A stretch of DNA of 56,760 nucleotides from Xylographa opegraphella. Taxonomy: Eukaryota. Where the stretch lies: contig JALDZX010000088.1 in NCBI GenBank assembly GCA_022813865.1, positions 1-56,760 of the forward strand, in the 5' to 3' direction. The stretch's first letter is position 1; every line of letters starts with the position of its first letter. Below are positions 22,652-36,195 of the stretch, piece by piece. Below the pieces are notes generated by a model, which was not told the origin of the DNA, searched no databases, and saw only the letters and a list, made by a program, of their open reading frames with translations. The position numbers and the translations under genes were made by a program.

Positions 22652-25600
22652 ATGAATATCTCGCAGCCGATATCTTCCTCAATAGGAAGCGTCGACTTTG
22701 GGTTTCTCACTTCAGAGGAAATTAAAGCTTTGTCAGTAAAGAAGATACAGAATAGCGACACGTTCGACACACTCCTGCACCCTATACCTGGAGGGCTGTA
22801 TGACCTTTCCTTAGGCGCATGGGGTGACAATTCGTAACCAGTCCGCTTCCGAACCCAGCTGAAGTTGCAGCTGATTCAAGCTACAGGTGTGCGACATGTC
22901 ATCTCAACAGCTATGCATGTCCCGGCCACATAGGACACATCGAGCTTCCAGTGCCAGTATACCATGCAACATTCATCGACCAAACATTGCGCCTTTTGCG
23001 AGCGAGATGTGCTTATTGCAATCATCTCAAGCTCCGTCGCTTAGATGTCAATCGGGTTGTGTGCAAATTACGGCTGCTGCAATATGGTCTGCTCGAGGAG
23101 GCAGAGCAGATCGAGCTTCTTCAGGCGAAGATAAAGAGTTCCGCATTCACCAATGGTGATGCGAGTGTGGCGACCAACGTGTCTGACGATGACGATTCTG
23201 ACGACGATCCCGACGATTTGATCAAGAGGAGGAATGAATTCGTCAAAGCGGCAATAAAGAAGGCTGGAGGTAGGAAAGAAATGGTCGCAATTATTAGTGA
23301 TAAAGTTGAAGCAGCCGCTGAAGAGCGTCGTGCCGTCATCCGAGAATTTATGGCCAGTATCACGAAGCCGAAAGAATGCAATACTTGTAAAGGGTATGAT
23401 AACCCATTTCATAAAGATGTGCACTGTCTAAAAATGAAGCAGAATATCCCCGAGCTATCGAAAAGACGGGTTCAATAAAATATTCCGAAAACCGCTAGGT
23501 GAAAAGGACAGGGTGAAGATGGTCCTAACTGGAATGAAAACTGCCAACCCCCTTATTTCTGCTCTAAAAGCAAAGACATCCCTGCTGCAAGAGAGACGAG
23601 AGGATCGAAAAGTCGACGAGGGCATTGTGGCTGACGTGGATGATAATACGGAGGATGATGAAGGGGAAGAAGTGGTAGAAATGCTTGACATAGACGACGA
23701 GATGGCTAGCGAATCTGTACTGGACATAACTACAGCGACTGCCAAGAGCTCTACTACTAAAGCAAAAGGGAACGAATCAGATACCTTCGTCAATGCTCAA
23801 GAAGTCCATGCCTCGATTGTGGAGCTTTTTGAGAAAGAGAAAGAGGTTTTGAGTCTCATTTACGATTGTCGATATGGCGAAAAGCAGGCTCCTCTATTGA
23901 CAGCGGATATGTTCTTCGTTCGATATCTTGCAGTGCCCCCTAATAAATTTCGCCCCGAGGCGAAGACTGGGGATGGTCAAATCGCAGAAGCTCAACAGAA
24001 CAACCTATATAAAGGTATTCTACGGCAATGTACGATGATGAATCAGATTCGGCAAGAAATGAGTAGCACAGTACAAGACTCGGCTCTTCGGCAACGAAGT
24101 TTTGGTGATCTCCAAACCGCATGGGTCGGCCTTCAGGATGCGGTCAATTCTCTGCACGATAGCGATCGCAGTACTATCCGCCTCAGAGGCAATCAGTTAC
24201 CTGATGAAGGTATCAAGCAGAAGCTAGAAAAGAAAGAAGGCTTGTTCCGTATGAACATGATGGGTAAACGTGTCAATTTTGCCGCCAGGAGTGTTATATC
24301 TCCTGATCCAAACATAGAGACCAATGAGATAGGAGTTCCACCTGTATTTGCAAGAAAGTTGACCTACCCGGAACCCGTGACAAACCACAATTTCTACGAC
24401 CTAAAAGAAGCCGTACTTAACGGAGTGGAAAAATGGCCAGGTGCTGCAGCAATCGAGAATGAGAATGGGCAAGTCATCAACCTTAGGACGAAGAACTTTG
24501 AAGAACGACAGGCATTGGCAAACCAGCTCTTGGCACCATCGAACACCAACGTAACCGGTGCAAGAAACAAAAAGGTTCATCGACACCTGAACAACGGGGA
24601 TATCGTTCTCATGAATCGTCAGCCAACGCTTCATAAACCATCGATAATGGGCCACAGAGCCCGAATATTGCCTGGGGAAAAGACAATACGTATGCACTAT
24701 GCAAATTGCAACACCTACAATGCTGATTTCGACGGTGACGAGATGAACATGCACTTTCCTCAAAATGAGATCGCTCGGGCAGAAGCGCTGCAGATTGCAG
24801 ATACAGACCATCAATACCTATCGGCAACATCAGGAAAACCACTTCGTGGTCTGATCCAGGATCACATTTCCATGGGGGTATGGTTGACGAACAAAGACAC
24901 ATTCTTCGACAGAGGAGATTATCAACAGCTATTGTACAGCTGCCTCAGGCCAGAGAATAACCACACTACTACGAACAGAATAGAATCGGTGACACCTGCT
25001 GTAATCAAACCTCGGCCTATGTGGACCGGCAAGCAAGTTATTACCACCGTTCTAAAGAACATAACGCCAGCTACACACCCTGGTTTGACGTTGTCAGGTA
25101 AGTCTGAGACAACTGGCGACAGATGGGGTGAGAAATCAGAAGAAGGCACCGTGTTATTCAAAGCTGGCGTATTGCTCTGTGGTATTCTTGACAAAGCTCA
25201 CCTGGGCCCTAGTGGCGGTGGGTTTATACATTCAATTTATGAGGCATATGGCCACACTGTCGCCGGAAAGCTTCTCAGTGTTCTCGGCAGGCTTTTGACC
25301 AAATTGCTTCACATGCGGGCGTTCTCATGCGGTATCGAAGACATTGTACTGACTCCCTCAGGCGACCAAGCACGTCAAAAGAAACTCCAAGAGGCAGAAA
25401 CTATTGGGCGTGAAATCGCTGCAAAGTATGTCACTCTAGATGAGAACACGCGTAGCGATGATCCAGAGCTACGTACCCGATTAGAAGGTATCCTGCGCGA
25501 AGATGATAAACAAGCTGGCCTTGACCAAGTGTACAGCTCTCGGAATGCGGGTTTGTCAACTCAGATTACCAATGTTTGTCTACCAGTCGGACTACGGAAA

Positions 25601-28084
25601 GATTTCCCCAGGAACCAAATGCAGACAATGACAACATCTGGTGCTAAGGGAACTTCGGTCAATGCCAATCAAATATCCTGCAATCTAGGTCAGCAAGTGC
25701 TGGAAGGACGAAGAGTACCAGTCATGATTAGTGGAAAGACACTCCCATCTTTCCAGCCATTTGAGACAAAGTTAAGGGCCGGAGGATATATCACCGATCG
25801 ATTCTTATCGGGCGTGAAACCGCAAGAATATTACTTTCATGCTATGGCTGGTCGAGAGGGACTGATTGATACTGCGGTCAAAACTTCAAGGTCTGGTTAT
25901 CTCCAACGCTGCCTGATTAAGGGTATGGAAGGGTTGAAAGTCGAGTATGACACATCCGTCAGGGATTCAGACGGTAGTATGGTACAATTTCTATACGGCG
26001 AAGATGGTCTCGATGTGACAAAGCAGAAGCACCTTGTGGACTTCAAATTTTTGGCCGAGAACTACCTCGCTATTTTCGCACAATTGAATGTCAAGCAGGA
26101 GTTTCAGAAGATCGTCAATGAAAGCACTGGTGATTGGCATAAGGCGGCAATGAAGAAATTACGAAAAACCGGTAGACTAGACATCATGGATCCTGTGCTC
26201 GCAGTCTTTAATCCGGGCAGTGCCATGGGTAGCACTTCTGAAACCTTTGCTTTTGCTATGAAAGCCGTGAGTGATAGTTCGAGAATATCCATAAGAAGTT
26301 CCCTCACTGATATCCCCAAATTTAGTACTGCGATCTGAACCCCGAGAATCTTCTGAAAAACAAGAAGAAGGCTCCAGACGCCGGCATTTCCAAGAAGACC
26401 TTCACCACTTTGCTAGATATGAAATACATGAAATCTGTGGTTGATCCAGGAGAGGCTGTGGGTATTGTGGCCGGTCAATCGGTTGGGGAACCATCTACGC
26501 AGATGACGCTCAATACGTTTCATCTTGCTGGTCACTCCGCAAAAAATGTCACTCTCGGTATTCCACGACTTCGAGAAATTGTCATGACCGCCAGCAATCA
26601 CATCTCTACTCCGACCATGACACTTCACCTCAATCCAGAAGTTACTCAAGAGGTTTGCGAGCAGTTTGCCAAAGGTATCACGAAGCTTACTCTAGCGGAG
26701 GTTGTTGATAAAGTCAGTATCCGGGAGAATGTGGGCAAGGGAATTGGATACGAGGTGGCTAAGGTCTTTGACATTCGTCTCGATCTATACCCCGCAGCGG
26801 AGTATAAAGAGACCTATGCTATCGAGACAACTGATGTTTTACGAACTCTTGAGTATAGATTCATACCACAGCTGATTAAAGAAGTTAGGAAGGAGCTCAA
26901 GAACAAGGGCGACAGCAAACTGCTCAAAGCAAGTGCGGCTCAGCCAGAAATCGGAAAACCGGAGAAGAAGAATGTGACAACAGTAGGCACCACGCAGGAT
27001 GGTGAAAGCGGAGATGATACCCTGGAGGAGAGGGCAGAAAATCCTGAGATTCAAGGACGAGATAAGCTCGATGATCGTGACAATGACGACGAGGAGAGCG
27101 ATGCCGACAGCGACGAGGACATGGAGGATGCGAAGAATAGTAGGAAGAAGCAGGATCGTGCAGGAGCTATCTCATATGAAGAGCCTGACGAAGACGAGGT
27201 ACCCACTGCCCGCGCATCAAGTCCCGTAATGGACGACATGGAAGATGAGGGCTACGGTGGCAGTCCTCGAGAGGATCGTTCGGGGCATGATATTAGCGAC
27301 GTGAGGAATGAGGAAGAACATGTCGACGATGGTCCTAGAGCCCATGCCCGAGAACGGCAAGACAGAATCAAGTCAAAGAATCATGATATCACGCGGTTTT
27401 CTTTTGACGACGACGGTCACTCTTGGTGCGAGCTACAGCTAGAGGTCAGACACCTGAAAATACTACGTTCTCGGTAGAATGCTAACCAGCTCATAGTATG
27501 ATGCTTCAGTTGCAAAGATACTCATGCTCAACCTCGTTGAGGAGGCTTGTCACTCAGCCGTCATCCAGTCAATACCGGGTATCGGTGCATGTACCCTTAG
27601 TGAAGAAAAGGTTCGCGATCCTGCCACGAATACGACGGCAGTTTTTCCGGTTGTACTCACCGAAGGCATCAACCTTAACGCCATGCATGATTATCAACAC
27701 ATACTTAACCCACACAGAATCTTCACGAATGACATCGCCGCCATGCTTGCACTCTATGGGGTCGAAGCGTGCCGGGCAACCATCATACGTGAAATGGATT
27801 CTGTGTTCAAGGGTCATAGTATCACAGTTGACAATCGACATTTGAACTTAATTGCGGACATGATGACTCGAGGGGGTGGGTTCAGTGCTTTCAATCGTAC
27901 GGGCATGGCGAGCGGCGTCAGCCCGTTCATGAAGATGAGTTTCGAAACAACGCTGAAATTCCTCCGGGATGCAATGCTTGAGGACGATTGGGACGATCTT
28001 CGGGGACCAAGTGCCAGAATCGTGGTCGGTAAGTCGAGCAGGGTTGGTACTGGCGCATTTGATGTCCTTATGCCTGTAGCTTGA
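22652..28084 (+). CDS. RPA190: RNA polymerase I largest subunit; join(22652..22833,22887..23393,23443..26266,26326..27444,27497..28084), 1739 aa
   Basis: Motifs [38 protein letters not shown], catalytic [24 protein letters not shown] and [12 protein letters not shown]. Long acidic expander region typical of Pol I. Confidence 0.97.
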
Positions 28085-28608
28085 ACCGGTTGGCTTGGTC
28101 TACCGTTTCTTGAGCTTACGTATGGCAAGGCACTTTGGCATTCTTGAAAGCCTCACGAAGCTCCGAGCATTGGAGGTCGGGGCCGATCTACCTGCCTGAC
28201 ACGTGATCCTATGACAATCCTAACTCTCGACCACATGTTCTTGCCAAGGCCTGTTGGCGCTTTCCAGCTCAACAGCAATACGAGATTATGGTGACATCGA
28301 CCGCACTTTGTTTGCCAAGCACATGTGCGATCAATACTTGGAGCTCCATTCATCCGTTGAGGTTGACCGGTGGCCGCGCAACACACATGCGAAAGTCCAT
28401 TGAACAGAAATTGTCGCAACGTTGTGCTTGTCATAAAGCCCCAGTCTCAAGCCCGCCTTAGATGACAGGTCCGACCACTTGTCACAAAACCCAATTCCCA
28501 ATTGAGCAAGCTCCGCTACTTGCAGCCACAACTACCTTCTGATCATTCTTTTTTTTTCCACGCAAGCCTACCTACTTCGACAATTCTTACCCTCTCTTAT
28601 ATCTTTTG

Positions 28609-28757
28609 CCTCCTCCTCCTCCTCCTCCTCCTCCTCCTCCTCCNNNNNNNNNNNNNNNNNNNNNNNNNNNNNNNNNNNNNNNNNNNNNNNNNNTCCTCCT
28701 CCTCCTCCTCCTCCTCCTCCTCCTCCTCCTCCTCCTCCTCCTCCTCCTCCTCCTCCT
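28609..28757. repeat. (CCT)n microsatellite spanning a 50-N assembly gap (28644..28693)
   Basis: Pure CCT repeats on both sides of the N run. True length is unknown. Confidence 0.97.
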
Positions 28758-30051
28758 GTCATCTTGTACCTTTTGCTTCACCACTTCACGGACTTTACAC
28801 ATCTTCATATCATATACACTATATATAACTCCTAATACCTATGACCCTAATCTCTCACTTTTCTCAATCATACAGCCATTTGTTTCTGCGCACTACTTTG
28901 ACGTCTTCAACCTCAATTCCAATACTTGCCTGTATGCTACACACATGCTCTCCATTACACACGCTCTCGTTGCTTGGTACATTTCACCGCGATAACCCAT
29001 GAAGTACACAGCTTAGTGTCTTAAAGACCTCCACAATGGTATCATCATGGATTCCCCGTAGGAAACATTCCGGTTACTTACTACTTCTCGCTACAGTGGC
29101 CAATTATCCGAACGCGCCTTCTACACCTTCGGAGCATGATTTCGAATATATTATGAGCCTTCAGCATACGTTGTTGGTGAGCCCCGCTATCTTCGTCCAG
29201 AGAGCTATTTTACTATTTTGCCTCTTTCCAATACCTCCATTCACACTTCATTAGGCATTCCTACAACCCTCCGCGACGGCATGCATCCACCCGATCGCAT
29301 CGCCTATCATCGGCTCGCGGCCTGTATCTTATATAACCCTATAGCCTTGATACATGCTACCGCTGACTCGCAAAGCCGTGAACCTTCAATGGATCATCTT
29401 ATCATTCCTCTCCATCGATACGCATTTTACTCTCAGAACTGAGTTAACATCTCGTTCTGGCCCTGTGGCCATTGAGTACATTGGGCGTCCAACAAATAAG
29501 ATCAAGCCGACCAGCAATATAACTATGTTCCTTCCTCCATCGCCTATGCTTGCGCCCATAAGCCGCACCGAGGCCTCCTACTACGACAGTCTCGCCACCA
29601 CAACTCACCTTGACCGCTTCCCCACCACTGCCTCTTATGTATCGAATCGATTTGCTACGTCCATCACGGCACAATTCTTCCGGACGTTTATTTAAATTCG
29701 AGTTACGTGCTGAGAAGGTGCAGCTAGGTCAGGATTTGTCAGTCGCTGGATCTGGGTGAGCACACTATGAATGAAGGGCTTGCAGATATCTTTTTGCTTT
29801 TGGGTGATGGGTGTTGTGATGGCATTGTTTTTGCTGGGTCGAGTTTTGGATAGATAAGAGGCCTCGAAGCTTTCCTTCTGCATAATTATCAATCTCACTG
29901 GCACCAAGAACCAAGAAACTAATTGCATTTCTGGTTGCAACTTCTGACTCATTAACCGCTCAGAAAACTCTTTCTCGCTCTTACAATGCTCTCAATAATT
30001 TCCTTCCGCACCGGTCAAACCACCTCCCTTTCGGATCCGTTTCTCCTGATC

Positions 30052-33000
30052 TCACCCATAATTGAAAGCATTCCGACACAACGGACAACTACTGCTTCCA
30101 CTGCTCCTGAACCACCGAAATAAGCAGCTCCCATGAAACAGATTTCTACATGTCCCGCACCTTTTACTAGGCAGCTGGCGATCTGCACTTACCACACTAT
30201 AACAAATTGCGCACTCACTCTGCCCCTTCAGCGCCCCAGTGACATTCCTGCGCCACGCCACCAAGCCTTCGATGATCGCCCCGCTCGTTCCCGAGAAGTT
30301 GATCACCCCTGCTGTGGTAAGTAGCCAAGATCGCCACTTCTTCTCGTCGACGCCGACACGATGGATGGACTCCACAACTACAGAAGCAAGAGGATATGTG
30401 GGAGGGAGTACTATACGAATGGACATGTACTGCTCGTCGAGGGGGTAAGAGACTGTGAGTTCGTGAGCGCGGGAGGCAACTTTGACGGTGAGTGAGGTAT
30501 CAGTGGTGTCCTGACTAGGCAGCCACGCCGTGACAGTGGTAAGCTCGGCAGCGATGACGGTGGGGGACATATATTTCTCTGTCCATGCTTCAACAGGTCG
30601 TTGGAGCTGGCGCGGACAGGTGTCCCGCCACCAGGCTTTGGAGAGGGTAGGTAAGTTCTTGAGACAGAGGAAGTAGATGTGGATAACAAGGGCAGCGGTG
30701 TTGCGTTCAGGCGGATCGTTAGAGTCAAATCTGTAGAGCTCAGGATTGTAGCGGGAGCCGTCGAGGGGCTTGGTTCGGGAGCGGATGAGGTAGTCGAAAG
30801 CGAAGGAGAGAAAACTGTTGAGGTAGGCGCCATCTTTTATAGAGGCTACATACTCATTCTGAAGCTTGTGGGAAGCATTATTCCAGTGGTCGAAAACTAA
30901 GATCCAGCCCAGGAGATACCCATTTAGATGCAATGTTAGAGGGTACTCGCAATCGAGCGCGAGGGGCTCGTCATGCTGCGGTACTGTCAAGATGAGAGAT
31001 AATAACTCTTCTGGCAGTTTCGCTTTGAAAGTCTTGGACAAAGCTGCCTCAATGGATAGATCTTCCTGGTTCTCAGGTATGTAATTGTGGAGCATCTGGT
31101 ATGCTGCACGCTGCAAAGCTGCTGACTCGGAGGCAATCACGGGGTACAGATCTTCCGCAGCCTTATAAGCCATGGGATAGGGCTTCGTAAGCAGTCGCTC
31201 GAGTAATTCATTGACGATTCTGCGAGGCTGATTGGCCTCATCCGAGACGTCTGATAAACCGTTTTAGTGATGATTTAGTAATAGAGCTTCAAAAATTACC
31301 CACCTGTTCGAGACTGTATCAGTTGAACTAGAGACTCTTCTGCGACTAGTTTGACTTGTGCCCATGAATCTTTTAGGTCTTCATTCTCATCGTATGTTCT
31401 TACCAGTCGTTTCATTGTATCGTATAGGCGCAGAGTTGCGTGGGTAAATGAGATCTCGGAAATCTTCTCCTTAACGATTCGAGAGCAAGCGCCTACTACG
31501 AAACCCATGATATCCTCCCAAAACGAGCCATAAATATCTTTAATCAGTTGCAACAACACACCCAACGTTCTGAGCAATTCGGCTATGATGGAGAGGCTCA
31601 GCGTTCCACTTTGTAGTTGTGTGACGACATGCTTCACGAAGAACACTAACCGCGGTTGCGGTAGCTCTTCCAAACGATCGAAATCCTGCAGTCGTCCAAT
31701 CGCTGCGTTTAATAATACTGCTTCTCGAAGATCTTGAACTGTTAGTAAAGAAAACCGTGAACTAATAACGTACTTACATATGGCAGGACTTTCGGTGAAT
31801 GTAAGTCCGGTTAAACTGGTAATTAACCTATTGCAGGTGTACAAAATCGCTTTCGGGTTGGTAATACTACAGAGTGTCACAGCTGCTGTGATAGGATCAG
31901 AAGCTTCCTGTGCTGTTAAAAGGTAGTCCTCATCGGTAATCGTGATTCCACTTCTTTCTTCTTGTGCGAACTTGAGAGCAACGTATGCACGTCCGTTGTA
32001 ATATGCCTTTGCTGATAAACCCATAGTACTGGCCAAGAGACTTTTTCGAGCTTCTTTCACTAAGGCCGTATCTGTAGTGGATGATCCCTGCGACCACTTG
32101 GCGACCATAGACTGGTTGTCAACAATGAAGGTTTCGAGTTTGCCATCACCTCGAGTTCCAGAATCCTTCCATAATCTCGGGAGCTGGGAAACACTTAGTT
32201 GGTCGGTGGCAAGCTGGACGAAGAGCGCCAAATAATAGTAGGTGACGGCCCTTCGATCTGTTGTGACAAGATCAAAGATGCCCGTAGATGTGCACAAAGC
32301 TGTGACATACCAAGCCATACGCAGGGCAGGAGAATAGCCATTTGCATCTCGTGGAACTGAGATTGCTTGCTCTTTCCTTGGCCTTGATTCTTGAGTGATG
32401 ATCTGAAGGATACTTCCTAACGAGTTCGTTATGCCCAGTGCGGGATCTGGATGGTGCTGGAAGAAGGGTTTCAAGGCTGTTATCCACTGTGTTTCATCAG
32501 GTAAAAGGGCTTCGGCTACCATTTCCACCTCATTCTCGGCAGCATGCCGAAGAAGCTCTATAGCTTCACTCTCAAGCGATGCGATGCTACATTATGGAAT
32601 TGTCAGCAATGGCTTAGGCAAGGGTTCTAAGTCGACGCTTACGAGAGTGAAGCTGAGTCCGCCATTTCTACCCCGTTCTTAACGATATCAATTCTCGAGC
32701 TCTGAGAAATCCCTGAAATTCCCGCGCCGGAACTAGCTTGGCGTATCTCCGCATCAATTTTCCGAGCCATCAGGGATATGTTTGGTATAGGTGATTCTGT
32801 AAGGAACAAAAGCCTAGATAACAGAGTAAGACCTTTCGGCGAGGTGCTGAATCTCCTCATGCCTTGCTCGTTCTGCTGGATTGCCATCTCAAGACCATGC
32901 AAACCAGCTTCTAACTCACTCTCAATCGAAAGCGATTCAGTCAAACTCGCCAAGATGTCGTCTGTTAGATCATCAGGGAAGCAAGCATTGGCCATTGCTG

Positions 33001-35228
33001 CCGCTATTACAGGCCAGCAGCTTTCGTTGCCCTGTAAGGCACATTGCAAGCTTCGCTTCACAGCTGGAATCATGTCGTAAGACAAGCCTAAACTTCCGAG
33101 CCAAGGGGAAGATATCAGACACCGAAGAGCTTGAAATTTTATGGTTGAATCAGGAGCATTCATAAGGGCCCGTATACTGTCTATCCATAGCTGCCTCATC
33201 TCTGATTCATCTTCGAATATACTCAGCATACCAATCAGGTATGGGGATGATGGTGAAAGAAGGAGATCTGGGATATCTGAACGCATGAAGTCGAAAAGAA
33301 GATTCTTAGTAATATCAACTTTGATAGTACTCTCGGGAACTAGACGAAGGGCAGTTTCTAAGCATGCCGCAGCACTGTATGGTTTGCCATTCCGTGATTT
33401 TAAAAGTCCAATTGCCGACATTATCTCCAAAGCAGATGTCTCCTCGAATGTAGCTTGGACGTGCTTAGGAACAGAATTTTGGATCAAGTCAGCTTGAAGA
33501 GTATACCACCTTTTGGCTGCATGTACGCCTGAATCCTGAGATCTCGTGTAATCTTTAGATTGTTCTGGAAGTGACAGCTGAAGAATTTGGATAAAAGCAT
33601 TGGATAACTCCTGCCAAGTTCTTTCAAAGAGACCAGGACAGCTTTGTAAAATCAATAAAATGGCATCCCTGAAAATTTCTTCTCGGTTAGGCTCTGATAC
33701 GGCCCACTTTTCACCCTTTCCTGCTGGCTTAAGATACTGATCCATGAGGTGAATAACATAAAGTTCCATGAAACGTTCCTGTGGACCCGGTGACGAGAAC
33801 GATTGAAGTAACAATTTGACCGTTTTAAGATAAGTTCGCCATGCCTCACCATGATTACCTTGCAACTCGTCTCTTCGGTTTATGCCATCGTGTATGGCAT
33901 CCAACACGAGAAATATGGAATTTTGGTCAGCAGTCCCAGACCTTATTTCGCCTTCTGTAGGGTGGATGACCTGCTGGGGGAGAAGCTGAAGTAGTTTTGA
34001 TATTTGCTTCCAAAACTCTGGTGGTCCTCCTTGTGATCCTTTAGACAGAAATTGACATAGTCTCCTCTGAGCAGATCGATCGCCAGAGCCAGCATAGTAC
34101 TCTGTCCACACATCAGGGCATGCTTCTGAGAGTTCTAAAAGCATTTTGCTATAGTCATATGCAGACCCTGTCTGGTCAATATGAAGAGCTTCTTGAAGCA
34201 AATTCATGCCGATCTTTCTGTGGTCAATTATGTCCAAGTCTCGTTTTCTTAAAAACGAACAGACTAATCCATATACTGCCTTTCGAACGAATGAATCAGA
34301 ATATGAAGCTAGTTTCCAAGTATTTTCTGAATGAGCGAGTGGCTTGTATAATTCGATTTGGGGTTGAAGCTCGCCCAACGACAGTATCTCTGAAGAAACA
34401 ATATAAGCTCAAAGATCCCTTGATAGCAAATTGTACTTACCGAGAGCGTTCGCGATAGTATAAATGGCGGCCCCTACCACTCGCGCATATTTGGCCTCGG
34501 CAACGTCCAGGCTTGTTGTTCGTTCGTCACTCAATGTTGCCACACTCTCTTCAAGGATAACACGTCTGCAGTAGCTGATGATGGTCTGCTGGTAGACTTG
34601 CCACACGGCATCCTGCTTGCTCTTGGTGGAGAACACCTTTTGAAAAGCTTCTTCGGCCGCTCGTGCAACAAGCCTGTCGTTGTCCTTAAGCCCTGCGAGC
34701 CATGCGCCAATGACCTTGGGCAGCTGTCGTGCTATTCGCTTCCCACATGACAACGAGACTTCGCCATGGAAAGAGTGTGCTAATTGGCGAACTCGACGTG
34801 AACTATCGATAGATGTTCTTGGGTATAGCACGATCTAAGAGACAACATTGGATTACTACTGGAAACAAAGTACTATGGAACCATCCATCATAACCCACCC
34901 AAGCCTCTAGTATCGGATCTTCCACTCCATTTTTTTTGAAATTATCCGCAGCAATGTATGACTGTAGCTCTTCGAGTGCTTTTGCCCTGGTTGTACCATC
35001 CTTTTTCTGCAGATTTTTGAAAGCAACGACCACACTTGGTTCTGAGATACTACTCAGATTGGGAGGCTCATACACGTAAGACAGCAGAGATGCCGATGTT
35101 CCGCCAAATGGCTGCGAAGCTGCAAAGCTGCCAGTTCCAACAGTTCCAGAAGTTCCAAATGGTGCACCAAAGGTAGTAGAAACTGCCCTACTGCTCGAGG
35201 CTTGAGATTTAAACTGCTTCTTGCTCAT
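30052..35228 (-). CDS. RKR1: Listerin / ribosome quality control E3 ubiquitin ligase; complement(join(30052..31250,31304..31732,31778..32586,32643..34389,34441..34834,34899..35228)), ~1635 aa
   Basis: N-terminal MSKKQFKSQASS, FKNLQKKDGTTRAKALEEL, LYPRTSIDSSRRVR. RWD region PPTYPL. C-terminal RING ECAICYSVV..LPSKRCGTCRNLFHGSCLFRWF..SSCPLCR. Five introns keep the frame. Confidence 0.95.
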
Positions 35229-36195
35229 TGCCTATAATCAATAGCGCATGCCGCCATGGATCAAACTTCAGAAAACATGCAAAAATCCAGCCTCTCCGAA
35301 AGCTGTAGGCCAATTGTGACGTAAGCACGAGGCAGTAATTCGTAGGAATTGCACTAGTCTTTAGTGCTTGCTAGTGCATACCAATATTATCACCACTGGA
35401 AGCAGATGGTTTGGTTATTCAGTGGTATCGTAGATCTTCGAACTCTGTTCTACATCTATTCTCATGCTGGTACGTGGACCGGTGCAACCGTCCCCGACAT
35501 TCTTCACAACACTACCTCGTCGTTTAGACCTACACTCACGCACACGTTCACATCATAACCTTGCCATACATCAGTGACTTACCATGGACCGATGCAGCAA
35601 TTTTATGCCACTTGAATCCAAAGGTGCTACCTTACTACCGGGATCTGATTTGCCTTGCACACTGGTAACTGGCCGGGCTCAAATTGGGCTGCGTGTGGCA
35701 ACCAAGGTAGCTCGGACGACCACTACTAGAATTGCAGTCCAGGTGCAAACAACAATTTTTCAGCATTATTAAACCAGATAATGCATCCATAATTTTACCG
35801 CAGTGAATTACAGCTACAGACGACTGTGAATGGAGGTTTGAAATGAGAATACAATCAAAAGCACATACAGTCATTACTGGTATATGCGCGATCGGAGGCT
35901 ATGAGGACGAAAGATAGATCGACATTAAACAATCATCGAATTATGAAAAACTGTGGTAGATTCATCAACTGAGGCATTGTCTGCATAGATAGCTTTATAC
36001 GATTAGATTATTATCAAACTCATTCCAATTCTGTGACTTATTCGACCAACCGTTTCTTGTGAAAACATTAAGGCAAAAAAACCATTATTGGATCGTGGTT
36101 TCGTGCGTTTGACTCAAACGCCAAGAAAACAAAGATTTCCCACGCGTTGATATTGTCTTCTCTGAGAGAACAATTTTATACTGTCCACCGATGAT

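Noticed and set aside
28502..28995. ORFs with poly-L/S/G/E/R/P tracts
   Set aside because: They are translations of the (CCT)n microsatellite and the N gap, not real genes.
31733..31777. Short in-frame stop-free introns in RKR1 (45 nt) and SPT3 (51485-51541, 57 nt) as alternative isoforms
   Set aside because: Short 3n introns are often stop-free by chance, and the inserted peptides look non-conserved.
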